Source: a bacterium (GTDB lineage Bacteria > SZUA-182 > DTGQ01 > JAFGSM01). From it: a stretch of 64,000 nucleotides of DNA. The position numbers were made by a program, and so were the translations under genes. Each line of letters begins with the position of its first letter. Position 1 is the first letter of the stretch. The DNA is taken from positions 10,598 to 74,597 of the forward strand of contig JBLIRO010000013.1 of assembly GCA_049472335.1 (NCBI GenBank), written 5' to 3'. This document shows, piece after piece, positions 31,191 through 41,667 of the stretch. The notes under the pieces are model-generated. The model saw nothing but the letters and a program-made list of their open reading frames with translations, made no database searches and was not told the DNA's origin.

Positions 31191-32401
31191 CAAATCGTGT
31201 TGCTATTACAGGTATAGGTGTAGTCTCTTCTATTGGTATCGGTAAGGATGAGTTTTGGAAAAATCTTATTGAGGGGAAATCGGGTGCAAGTAAGGTGACA
31301 ACCTTTGATACAAAGGATTTTTCCACTCACTTTGGAGCAGAGGTAAAGGTTTTTAACCCTGAGAGATACTTTCCAGAAGAAAAGATAAAGGATATGGGCA
31401 AGACCTCTCAGATGGCGGCAGTTGCTTCCAGATTGGCCATAGAGGATGCAGGGCTGGATCTCAATGAGATTGTTGAAGAAGATGTTGGTGTGATTATTGG
31501 GACAACCATGGGTGAAATCCATGAGTTAGAAAGAATTGACGATGTATGGGTAGAAAAAGGAGAAGCCTTCATAAGGCCGGAATGGGGTTTAAGATATCCT
31601 GCTAATAATATCTGTAATAATATTGCCAGGTTATTAAATCTTAAAAGCAATAATTTAATGATCCCATGTGCCTGCGCCGCAGGTAATTATGCCATAGGAT
31701 ATGCCTATGATCTCCTTGGATTAAAAAGAAACAGCCTGATACTTGCAGGAGGGGCCGAGGTTTTTTCACGCATTGCCTTTACAGGATTTAACAGCCTTTT
31801 ATCCATGGCACCTGAAAAATGTTCACCCTTTGATAAAAAAAGACAGGGAATAATACTCGGTGAAGGGGCAGGCATAGTAGTATTGGAATCCTTAGATTCC
31901 GCATTGAAAAGAGGAACCAATATCTACGCCGAAGTAGCCGGATATGGTTTGAGCTGCGACGCATATCATATGACGACACCTCAATTTAGCGGTATTGTGA
32001 TTGCCATACTATCGGCCTTGAATAATGCAAATGTTGATATAAAAGACATAAGCTATATAAATGCCCATGGAACAGGGACTCCGGCGAATGATAAAACGGA
32101 ATGCCTGGCTTTGAAAAAGATTTTCGGAGAAAGTCTGAAAAACATCCCCGTCAGTTCTATTAAGTCCATGTTAGGTCATACAATGGGTGCGGCTAGTGCT
32201 ATAGAGGCTATTGCCTGTGCACTGGCTATTACTCACGATATAATCCCTCCAACCATAAATTATGAAACGCCGGACCCTGATTGTAATATTGATTGCGTGC
32301 CTAATGTTTCCAGAAAACATAAGGTGGATTTTGCCTTGAACAATGGATTTGCTTTTGGAGGCAACAATGCCTGCCTTGTTTTGAAAAAGGTCGGGATATA
32401 A
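31187..32401 (+). CDS. Beta-ketoacyl-ACP synthase (active, FabF-like)
   Basis: ACAAG, NAHGTGT, KSMLGH, FAFGGNN; GTG start overlapping the fabZ stop. Confidence 0.92.
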   Translation: MTNRVAITGIGVVSSIGIGKDEFWKNLIEGKSGASKVTTFDTKDFSTHFGAEVKVFNPERYFPEEKIKDMGKTSQMAAVASRLAIEDAGLDLNEIVEEDVGVIIGTTMGEIHELERIDDVWVEKGEAFIRPEWGLRYPANNICNNIARLLNLKSNNLMIPCACAAGNYAIGYAYDLLGLKRNSLILAGGAEVFSRIAFTGFNSLLSMAPEKCSPFDKKRQGIILGEGAGIVVLESLDSALKRGTNIYAEVAGYGLSCDAYHMTTPQFSGIVIAILSALNNANVDIKDISYINAHGTGTPANDKTECLALKKIFGESLKNIPVSSIKSMLGHTMGAASAIEAIACALAITHDIIPPTINYETPDPDCNIDCVPNVSRKHKVDFALNNGFAFGGNNACLVLKKVGI

Positions 32402-32466
32402 ACTGACTCATATTAACTGATTTTTCTTGTGGCCTAAAACAAAAACCTAAAAATAGATTCTATACA

Positions 32467-33540
32467 ATGATAAATAAAAGGAAATTAAAAAGATGTAACC
32501 GTTGCGGATTGCCGGAAACCTATCCGGGGATTCAATTTAACCAGGATTATATATGTAATTATTGTGTTCATTATGATCTTTTTAAGGAAAGAGAAGAAAT
32601 AGTCAAAACAGAAGTAAAAGAGAGAATAATAAAACTTATAGAAAATATTAAGGAACAAAGACAGAAATACCACTGTATTGTAGCATATAGTGGAGGGAAA
32701 GACAGCTCTTTTCTGTTATATCATCTTAGAACCAAATATAAGCTAAATATATTGGCTTGTACATTAGATAATGGTTTTCTTTCTCACACTGCCTTACAAA
32801 ATGTAAAAACAATAACTAAAGCGTTAAATATAGATAGCAGGATAATCAAGCCCGATTTTGAATTATTAAAAGAAGTTTTTACCTATGCACTGACAGAAAG
32901 AATTCCTTATCCAAAAGAAATATTATCAATGGTGAGTCAAGTATGTGCAGTATGTATAGGGATGATTCTTGGTACTACTTTAAATTTAGCAATAGATTTA
33001 GAAGTGCCGCTATTATTTTTTGGATTTACTCCAGGTCAATATCCCGCAATAAGTTTAGAAAACTTTCTTAAAGTCGATTCGTGTCTGTTTTTTTCAGACA
33101 AGGTCTATAGGGATGATCCGCTGGATGTTTTAAAAGTATTATCTGATCCCATAAAAGAAAAATTTGGTAAGAAAGTTGGTAAATTTTTTTTTAAAAGCCA
33201 ATATATTCCCAGTGGCCTACCAGTTCCAAAGATATTATTTCCTTTTCATTCTCTATTAGATTACGATGAGACTGAAATATTGAAAGAAATTTCCAAATTA
33301 GGATGGATAAGACCAATCGACACGGATGCATGTTCTACAAATTGTTTATTAAACAGTGTTGGAAATTATGCTTGCATGAAGCAATTGGGGTATCATCCGT
33401 ATAACGGAGAATTAAGTTTTATGGTCAGAAAAGGAAAAATAACCCGTAAGGATGCTATTGAATCTGAAAAATTGGAAGCAAATTCTTATGCAATAACGAA
33501 TTCATTAGAAAAATTAGGCCTTAAAATTAGTAAGATTTAA
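32467..33540 (+). CDS. PP-loop adenylating enzyme (N-acetyl-sugar amidotransferase/QueC-like) with Cys clusters
   Basis: CNRC...CNYC, AYSGGKDS, CAVC, CSTNC. Confidence 0.75.
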   Translation: MINKRKLKRCNRCGLPETYPGIQFNQDYICNYCVHYDLFKEREEIVKTEVKERIIKLIENIKEQRQKYHCIVAYSGGKDSSFLLYHLRTKYKLNILACTLDNGFLSHTALQNVKTITKALNIDSRIIKPDFELLKEVFTYALTERIPYPKEILSMVSQVCAVCIGMILGTTLNLAIDLEVPLLFFGFTPGQYPAISLENFLKVDSCLFFSDKVYRDDPLDVLKVLSDPIKEKFGKKVGKFFFKSQYIPSGLPVPKILFPFHSLLDYDETEILKEISKLGWIRPIDTDACSTNCLLNSVGNYACMKQLGYHPYNGELSFMVRKGKITRKDAIESEKLEANSYAITNSLEKLGLKISKI

Positions 33541-33546
33541 AAGCAA

Positions 33547-35145
33547 ATGAGTGATATTTTAAAAAATACAAACTTGCCTTCAGATATTAAGACATTTAAA
33601 AAGGTTGTTAATATCAGTTTAAGTTTATTAGAGGATATTGATCATAGAACATTTTACTCTCCTTATTCTATTATACCTATTATTTTGCAAGCACTTGGAT
33701 TAAATACGCCCTTAATGGGCAGTGGGGATTCACCTTATTCTATTATTTCAGCTACTTTCAAATTGCAAAACAAGAAAAAAATGTTGAATCAGATGTTTAT
33801 GCTTCCTCTCATAGAAAAAAGAAGGATTATTAATGAAATGTATGAGATGATAGCGCCTTACTTATTGGAAGAGGAGAAGGAATATATTGATCTTCTTATA
33901 AAAACTAAATATAAACCTTTGTTAGGAGAATCTAAGAAAAAAACAAGAGACTTTACTATAATAACACATGAAAAATTTTCTGCTCTTTCTCACCTAATTG
34001 ATAGATTTAATAATGGAAATGGTGATTTTGGCTATATAGCCCATTATGGCTATCCCGAAGATTTGTATAGAGAATATGATTTTTTAGAGGATTTGCCTGA
34101 GTCGCTTGCAACAGAATGGCGGAATAGATCCTATCCTGTAGTGAATGAGATTTTTATAAAAAATTTTTCTGCTATCAATTCAAAAATGAAAGGATCTGTA
34201 AAAGGATGGGGATTGTTTATTTGTAATTATACGAAAGAATTACTCGAGGACAGTCGGTTAAGAAAAAGAAGAATCCTGCAAGCTGCAAGATTAGCAGAAA
34301 AATTGGGATCAAAGATTATTGGGATGGGAGGCTTAATCGCTTCTTTTGCTCAGGGAGGTCACGGATTATCTAAAGAGATTAGTAATGTGGGTTTTACCAC
34401 AGGGCATGCTTATACTATTGGTAATATCATTAAGATCATGGAAAATTGTACAGAAAAGATAAAGTTTGATATTAAAAAATCCACTTTTGCTATTGTAGGG
34501 GCTGCTGGTTCTATTGGTTCAGGCTGCTCAAAGCTTTTAGCAGAGAAAGCTATAAAACAACTCATCTTAATAGATCTTAGTACTTTTAGTGCTCATAATA
34601 GATTGGAGGAACTTAAGATAAATATCCAAAAAAGAAATCCGACTCTCGGAATTGAGATTTCATCTACTTTTAAGGATATTAAAAGAGCGGATATAGTTAT
34701 ATGTGCTACCAATTCTCCAACTTCAATCATATCATCAAAATATTTAAAGAGGGGAGCAATAGTTATAGATGATTCTTTCCCTAAAAATATCTCAAAACAG
34801 ATTTTAAAGGACAGGAATGACATAATCCTATTGGAGGGAGGAGTAGTTCGTTTACCTTTTAGTGTAGAAGTATGTCTAGCAAGGAATATGCCTGATTTGC
34901 TGGATGTACCTTTAACAAGATTAATAAGTTGTAAGGAAACTTACGGATGCTTTGCTGAAACTCTGGTTTTATCTCTATATGGTCGCAAAAAAAACTATGG
35001 CTTGGGATATTCCGATCCTAAATTGGCAAAAGATATAATGTTAAAAGCTAAGAAGATAGGATTTTCTTCCGCTCCTCTTCAATGTTTTGATGAAGCAGTT
35101 GAAGCTGAAAGATTCATTGAGGTTAAGCGACACAGAGTTGGATGA
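33547..35145 (+). CDS. Acyl-ACP reductase-like NAD(P)-binding protein (COG5322-like) with N-terminal extension
   Basis: FTTGHAYT, VGAAGSIG, IDDSFPKN, LEGG, YGCFAETLVL. Confidence 0.7.
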   Translation: MSDILKNTNLPSDIKTFKKVVNISLSLLEDIDHRTFYSPYSIIPIILQALGLNTPLMGSGDSPYSIISATFKLQNKKKMLNQMFMLPLIEKRRIINEMYEMIAPYLLEEEKEYIDLLIKTKYKPLLGESKKKTRDFTIITHEKFSALSHLIDRFNNGNGDFGYIAHYGYPEDLYREYDFLEDLPESLATEWRNRSYPVVNEIFIKNFSAINSKMKGSVKGWGLFICNYTKELLEDSRLRKRRILQAARLAEKLGSKIIGMGGLIASFAQGGHGLSKEISNVGFTTGHAYTIGNIIKIMENCTEKIKFDIKKSTFAIVGAAGSIGSGCSKLLAEKAIKQLILIDLSTFSAHNRLEELKINIQKRNPTLGIEISSTFKDIKRADIVICATNSPTSIISSKYLKRGAIVIDDSFPKNISKQILKDRNDIILLEGGVVRLPFSVEVCLARNMPDLLDVPLTRLISCKETYGCFAETLVLSLYGRKKNYGLGYSDPKLAKDIMLKAKKIGFSSAPLQCFDEAVEAERFIEVKRHRVG

Positions 35146-35782
35146 GTGAAATGATATAGGTATAGATATTTTTGTTTTTAGATAGTAAGGAGAGAGAGAT
35201 TTTTATTTTAAGTTAAGAGAATATATTTTGTTATTTATTAAAACAACCAGTTATTAATAAGTACGCTGATTAATAGAGATAAAAAATCTTTAGGGAGGAA
35301 ATAAAATACAAATGGTTTTGGACACTTCTTTTTAATATTACAGAAGACAATATTGTAGAAAACAACGAGTTTGGTTATATATGAGATTTATTGTAGCTAT
35401 TAAAGATAGAAATTGTTTACTACTAGGTCATTTGATTGAGTAACATAAATTCTAGATTTTATTATCTTCATGTGCAGAAAGAGCTAAATTATAGGAAAAG
35501 TTAAACTTATAAAAAGCACTATTATAGGGCTCTTTTTTAAGCAATCCTCGATCTCTACTTCTAGTGGAGAAATATGACTATTGAAATATATAATAAATTT
35601 TGAATGCATTTTAAATATAATAATAAAATTATATCCCCGAAGACAGCGTGAGAGTTTATTGGAAGTATAAGTAGAGAATTGAGAAAAATAACTCCCTAAT
35701 TAAGAGCATCGTTTTTTTGGGTTGTATAATAGAGGAAGGTATCTAAATGATACTTTAATAATTCCTTTAGAAAGAAGATATT

Positions 35783-37078
35783 ATGAAAATTTGTTTTATA
35801 TATCCATCATATATACATCATGCTGAGGCTAATCCAGAGCTTAAAGAATTTGTTTTTGAAAAAAGTTACCTAGGAACTACGTCTTTAAGTATACCAATTC
35901 TAGCGGCCTTAACCCCTGAACATCATGAAATAATTTTTATAGATGAACGAATTGAACCAATTCCATATGATGAACCATTTAATCTTGTGGCCATGCCAGT
36001 TTTTACTCCATCAGCTGAACGTGTTATAAAAATTAGCCAAGAGTTTCGTTCTCGTAATGTTAAAGTTGTTGTTGGTGGTATTTTTAGTAGTCTTATGCCT
36101 TCAGAAATTTCACCTTATGTAGATTCTATATGTATTGGAGAAGGTGAACCTGTTTGGCAAAAGATTTTAGAAGATATGGAGAAGGGACGACTTGAACCTA
36201 TATATAAAAGTAAGAGATTTTATGATTTGAATCAATCCTCAGTTCCACGATATGACCTGTTATTTGAGAAAGAAAGACCAAATGGTTATCAGAGAGATAA
36301 TGTTGATTATAATATTCAACTTTGTCGTGGTTGTTTTTTAGAATGTCTAGCATGTGTAATTCCTCAATATTTGGGTAAAAATATGCGCTTTGTACCACCC
36401 AAATTAATTGCAAAAAGTATTGAGGCAATACAAAAGGACGGGCATAAAAGAAAAGTGTGTTTAATAGATGACCAGCTTAGTTTTCCTAGGCCTATAATCC
36501 AAGAACATTTATTAGAGGTTGTAAAGCTGTGGCAGGCTGGAAACATATCGGTATCTTATACAGGAATAAGCCCCGCTCAGGCATTAGTGGCATCGTCTGA
36601 GTATTTTGGTTGCTTACGTAAGCTTAATACTATACAGAATTATGTAGTTTTTGGATTTGATAGATTTTCAAGAAAAGCTTTTCAGAAATCAACAGACTTA
36701 AAATCTTTACAAAAATGCTATGATGCAGTAAAGCGTATCAAAGATGAAGGATTAGAAGTGTATGCATCACTATTAGTTGGTCATGATGAAGAAGATGAGT
36801 CTGTATTCGACAAGATACTTAATTTTACTGAAAAGGCTAAGATTAATATAGCAGAGTTTGTAATCTTAACTCCTTATCCCGGTACTCCACTATGGAATCA
36901 AATGGTCAAGGAAGATCGAATAATTAGCAAAGAGTGGAGATATTATAATGATGCCAATCCAACCTTTCTCCCTAAAAATTATTCTGTTGATCGGCTTCGC
37001 CAAGGTTATATCTACCTATGGAAGGAGTTTTATCGAAATAAAAAAAGAGAGAGTCATGTTCTACCTATTCAGATATAA
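35783..37078 (+). CDS. B12-binding radical SAM protein
   Basis: LAALTP, VVVGGIF, IGEGE, CFLECLAC, LTPYPGT. Confidence 0.9.
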   Translation: MKICFIYPSYIHHAEANPELKEFVFEKSYLGTTSLSIPILAALTPEHHEIIFIDERIEPIPYDEPFNLVAMPVFTPSAERVIKISQEFRSRNVKVVVGGIFSSLMPSEISPYVDSICIGEGEPVWQKILEDMEKGRLEPIYKSKRFYDLNQSSVPRYDLLFEKERPNGYQRDNVDYNIQLCRGCFLECLACVIPQYLGKNMRFVPPKLIAKSIEAIQKDGHKRKVCLIDDQLSFPRPIIQEHLLEVVKLWQAGNISVSYTGISPAQALVASSEYFGCLRKLNTIQNYVVFGFDRFSRKAFQKSTDLKSLQKCYDAVKRIKDEGLEVYASLLVGHDEEDESVFDKILNFTEKAKINIAEFVILTPYPGTPLWNQMVKEDRIISKEWRYYNDANPTFLPKNYSVDRLRQGYIYLWKEFYRNKKRESHVLPIQI

Positions 37079-37398
37079 TTTTATAAAATAAAGGATTATA
37101 TAAGCTAGAATTTTTAATTCTGTATATAGCTAACAAGAAGTACTTATAATAGACTTAGAATACCGATTAATAAAATATATTTTATGCTTAAAATTTTTTT
37201 TATAAACTATTTCTATTAAATTTTAATATTCATTTTCCCTATATTCTTGCAGGTTTTGTTACTTTAAAAGAACAGTTTTATATAATACCACAATTTTTGA
37301 CATAAAAAGTAAAATTTAAATGGAGAGTATTATAGTATGTGAAAAATGCTAAATAATCTATTATTATTGAAGGTCTTTAGGTGGAATCCATTCTCCAG

Positions 37399-38280
37399 CT
37401 ATTTCTTCATGATCAATCTGCCATATCGTAAATAATCATGGGCTGTATCTAGCATCCCTTTATAATAGTTTTCTCCCAGAATAGCCATATTTTCACCCAT
37501 TGCAGCCATATATTCATAATTAACCGGATTTGAGGTTCGTGCAAGTTTTAGAGCTTTAAATTTTGCCAACATTCTAGCATCTACGTCATCTGTCACATCC
37601 TCTTTTTCAACTAGTTTAAAACCTACAGATTTAAATAGCTTTGTAATTTCTTCTAATGATAGTTGAAACCATATCCGGGGTTCATAAAGACCTCTAAAGG
37701 TTGGGACCTTATCATATGCATCATTTAGATCTCCCTTGTTCCCTCGAAGCCAGAGATTACAACCAATCTTTGAATCCTTTTTTAAATGATTATATATTCT
37801 GGCGAATGCCTGTTTCTTGTTTTCCCAATGGCAGATGGTTTCATTGAAATAGGCCTTATTATAATCCTTCTCTGGAAGGTCCAGCTCCTCTGCATTTTGT
37901 AAAAAATATTCAACATTATTTTCTACTCCATGCAATTTTGAACATGCATAGGCTTTTTCAATCTGATCTTGATTGATATCCACCCCGGTAATCTTACAAT
38001 CTACTAATTTTGCCAATAATCTCGATGGTGCCCCATTACCTTCCCCAACAGATAACACATTATCTTCCCGCTCTATGTTTAATTTGTTGAATAATTCTTT
38101 AACTCCTTTTTGGGAAAAATGGGAGAGGGATTCTATATCGAAGATACGTCGATCCAGGGAATGAGGATCAATGTTATATGCCTTATATATCTTTTTCAAT
38201 TGTTCTTCATCATGAACAAGAAATCCATGATTTTTTGTTTGGTATGAATTAATTAATCTTCTTTTAGTATTGATATCCAT
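37399..38280 (-). CDS. Class I SAM-dependent methyltransferase
   Basis: VLSVGEGNG (atypical motif I), ITGVDIN, NAEEL. Confidence 0.8.
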   Translation of the reverse strand: MDINTKRRLINSYQTKNHGFLVHDEEQLKKIYKAYNIDPHSLDRRIFDIESLSHFSQKGVKELFNKLNIEREDNVLSVGEGNGAPSRLLAKLVDCKITGVDINQDQIEKAYACSKLHGVENNVEYFLQNAEELDLPEKDYNKAYFNETICHWENKKQAFARIYNHLKKDSKIGCNLWLRGNKGDLNDAYDKVPTFRGLYEPRIWFQLSLEEITKLFKSVGFKLVEKEDVTDDVDARMLAKFKALKLARTSNPVNYEYMAAMGENMAILGENYYKGMLDTAHDYLRYGRLIMKK

Positions 38281-38748
38281 CTTGATCTCGTTTTCTTATT
38301 TCTCAAACATTTGAATATCATTAAATATCTCAACTCCTTTAATCAATGGTATTTGATTATAAATTTAAATACAATTAATTTCAAATAATCTATCAATTAT
38401 TGTCATTTAGAATTGCAGACATAAGGGATAACACTGTTTCTTTCTTACTTATATTTTCGAACATTTCTTAGGTAATTTGAAAAAATATTTAAAAAAATAT
38501 AGAAATAGAGATAAGAAGAAATTAAAAGTTAATTAAAAAAGGATGCACAATTTAGGAAATAGTAGAACGGTATAGAAACTTATTGGTTTTATATATTTTC
38601 ATTTAACTATACAAAGAGATATATTAGTATTTGCTTATGTTACCAATGAGTTAATAAAATTGGTTGTCATGTGGAATACAGAGTATTTCACAAAGAGATT
38701 TTTTATCTGAAATAGGGCAATATAACGGTTTCAAAGATGAGGTTATGA

Positions 38749-40047
38749 ATGAAAATAGGTTTAATATCTCCAAAAGCTAATTTTTTAAGTCGGAACTCTG
38801 AGTTTCAAGAATTCTGGTCTAAATCAAAACATACTGAAGTTTTTCGTCAAAGATGGTCTGGAATAGGTTCCGGACTATTAGTCGTTGCCGGATTAACACC
38901 GCAGTCTTTTGAGGTTGAGGTTATTGACGAAAATTTAGAGGAAGTTGATTTCTCAAGAAAATATGATCTAGTTGGTATTACTGCTATGACAAATCAAGCT
39001 TTGAGAGCTTATAAGATTTCTGATAATTTCAGAAATCGTGGTATCAAGGTGGTGATTGGCGGAATTCATTCAACAGTATTACCAGAGGAAGCTATGCAAC
39101 ATGCAGATAGTGTGGTTGTGGGAGGGGCAGAATATCTTTGGCCGGAGTTGCTTGCAGATTTTCAAGATAATAAATTGAAGCCTGTATATAAATCTGAAAA
39201 GCCAGTAGATTTAAAAGATTCCCCTCTCCCGCGGTATGATCTTCTTAAATCTAAAAGTTATAGAATAATCTGGATACAGACAACACGAGGATGCCCACAT
39301 GATTGTGAATTTTGTGCTGCTACTTCGGTCTTCGGCCGGAAATACAGACATAAATCAATTGAGCAGATTATTAATGAAATAAGATTCATAAAGAAGTTGT
39401 TTGGAAAAACGTTCATAGGATTTGGCGATGATAATTTTTTGGTTGACAAAAAATTTTGTCAGTCTTTGCTTGAAAGAATAGTTCCTTTGAAAATAAGATG
39501 GTTTGCTGAAACCGACATTTCAATCGCCCGAGATGATAAATTACTTCATTTGTTAAGGAAGAGCGGATGTTTTTTCCTTTTTATTGGATTTGAGACCATA
39601 TCAGAAGAGGGTCTAAAAACAATTAATAGAAACGGTTGGAAGTTTCGCCAGCTTAAGTATTACTCAAGCTTCATCAAAAAAATTCAGTCCTACGGAATCG
39701 GGGTTATGGGGGCGTTTATAATTGGCCTGGACAGTGATGATGCATCAATATTTACAAAAATCAGTAATTTTATTATTGAAAATAATTTGTATGATGCTCA
39801 AATTAGTGTATTGACACCATTGCCCGGAACACGACTGAGGGCTCGGCTAGAAAAAGAGGGACGATTACTTCGGACCAATTGGGAAAACTTTTCTGTTTTT
39901 GATGTAAATTTTATACATCCAAAGTTAACAAAGCATGAGCTTGAAAAAGGACTTTGCGAAATTTATAAAAATATAAATAGCAAAGAAGTTTATCTTAAAA
40001 GAATGCGTTATCACAAGGAGATCTTGAAGGAATTGATGGAAGTATAG
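38749..40047 (+). CDS. B12-binding radical SAM protein
   Basis: VAGLTP, VVIGGIH, RGCPHDCEFC, IGFET, LTPLPGT. Confidence 0.92.
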   Translation: MKIGLISPKANFLSRNSEFQEFWSKSKHTEVFRQRWSGIGSGLLVVAGLTPQSFEVEVIDENLEEVDFSRKYDLVGITAMTNQALRAYKISDNFRNRGIKVVIGGIHSTVLPEEAMQHADSVVVGGAEYLWPELLADFQDNKLKPVYKSEKPVDLKDSPLPRYDLLKSKSYRIIWIQTTRGCPHDCEFCAATSVFGRKYRHKSIEQIINEIRFIKKLFGKTFIGFGDDNFLVDKKFCQSLLERIVPLKIRWFAETDISIARDDKLLHLLRKSGCFFLFIGFETISEEGLKTINRNGWKFRQLKYYSSFIKKIQSYGIGVMGAFIIGLDSDDASIFTKISNFIIENNLYDAQISVLTPLPGTRLRARLEKEGRLLRTNWENFSVFDVNFIHPKLTKHELEKGLCEIYKNINSKEVYLKRMRYHKEILKELMEV

Positions 40048-40170
40048 ATAATTCAGGATATTTATATGGTTATATTTATTCGAATAAAAGTGATATATGG
40101 GTATCATTGAATTCAAATAATTAGAATTTTGAATCATGACGATTAAAATATATAGGAGAATAAATATATC

Positions 40171-41499
40171 ATGAAATTGCGTTTTATTTTTCCTAAATGG
40201 CAAAAGCTATTGGAGGCAAATCCAGAATTAGAGGATGTACTTCCCGGGTATTATTTTGGTGATTTCAATATGCCCGGTCTGGCTATAGAATCTGTTGCAT
40301 CTTTAACACCAGAGGATATTGAAATATATTTTACAGACGATCATTTTGAAAATATCGATTTTGAGGAGAAAGTAGATCTGGTGGCGATTACTGCATTTAC
40401 TCCACAGGCATCAAGGGCCTATAAGATTTCTGATAAGTTTAGAGAAAGGGGAGTGCCTGTGGTAATGGGAGGAATACACCCAACCTTGATGCCAGAAGAG
40501 GCAGCTATTCATGCCAGCCATATTGTAATTGGTCAAGCCAACGGATCTTGGCAGACATTTTTGGATGATTTTAAACGAGGCATCGCACAGAAATTTTATC
40601 GAAATATGGGAAATGGCCCTTTTCTGTTTCCATTCCCAAGGAGGGAATTCTTCAGGAAAAAGGGATATGTCCTTAATTCTATAATTGTAGTTTCCAGAGG
40701 GTGTAGGTATAGTTGTCCTACATGTATTATCCCCCTTGTTGATGGGAGGGAAACAAATCTTCGGCCAATAGATGAGGTTGTAAAGGATATTAGGTGTATA
40801 GATGCGGAGAATATCTTTATAGCAGATGACGCACCCTTTTTTATGGAGGAGAAATATAAAAAGTATGCCAATGAATTGTTTACAGCACTATCCCCTTATA
40901 AGAAAAAGTTTTTTGTAACAGCTGTGATGCTAATGTCACTTACTGATGAAGAACTTAAATTAGCTTATAAGGCTGGTGTAAGAGAAGTTTATATTGTATT
41001 TGCTTTTCCTCCTATTGCTCTTAGCTTGCTTACGAAGGATTTAGAAAAGAAAGTCTTAGATAGTTTAAAAAGAATACATGACAATGGATTGGAGATATTC
41101 GGTTCATTTGGTCTGGGCTTTGACTATGATGATAAAGGAATTTTTGAAAAATCCGTTCAATTTGCACATAAGGCGGAATGTGATATGGTAGAGTTTTTTA
41201 TTGCTACCCCATTTCCTCGAACCCCTTTTTGGACAAGACTGAAAGCTGAGGCAAGGCTATTACACCAGGACTGGGGACTTTATAATTCTGCCAATGTGGT
41301 TTTTCGACCAAAAAATATGGAGGCATATGAACTCCATGAAGGGTATATCCAATGTTGGAAGGAATTCTATAGTAAATATTCTTTTAATGATTTTAGCATA
41401 AGATTTTCTAGGTACTGGGGTATGAATAAAGATAAATTAAGACAGGTACATAATAGGAAGAGGGCTATAAAGGAGAAGGATATTTTACAAGATGCTTGA
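40171..41499 (+). CDS. B12-binding radical SAM protein
   Basis: VASLTP, VVMGGIHPT, RGCRYSCPTC, ATPFPRT. Confidence 0.9.
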   Translation: MKLRFIFPKWQKLLEANPELEDVLPGYYFGDFNMPGLAIESVASLTPEDIEIYFTDDHFENIDFEEKVDLVAITAFTPQASRAYKISDKFRERGVPVVMGGIHPTLMPEEAAIHASHIVIGQANGSWQTFLDDFKRGIAQKFYRNMGNGPFLFPFPRREFFRKKGYVLNSIIVVSRGCRYSCPTCIIPLVDGRETNLRPIDEVVKDIRCIDAENIFIADDAPFFMEEKYKKYANELFTALSPYKKKFFVTAVMLMSLTDEELKLAYKAGVREVYIVFAFPPIALSLLTKDLEKKVLDSLKRIHDNGLEIFGSFGLGFDYDDKGIFEKSVQFAHKAECDMVEFFIATPFPRTPFWTRLKAEARLLHQDWGLYNSANVVFRPKNMEAYELHEGYIQCWKEFYSKYSFNDFSIRFSRYWGMNKDKLRQVHNRKRAIKEKDILQDA

Positions 41500-41667
41500 T
41501 TTTATGATTAAAGTAGTGCTTAAGGATAAGGAATCAGTATTGTGTCCAATATATTCCTAATTATTTTAATTCCTCTTTTAGAATAAGGTTAAGGGTGATC
41601 TTAAGTCTAGGGCATCAAAGAGGAAAAGTTTTTAGAGATATACAATCAATGTTACCTGGAGTTGTTA

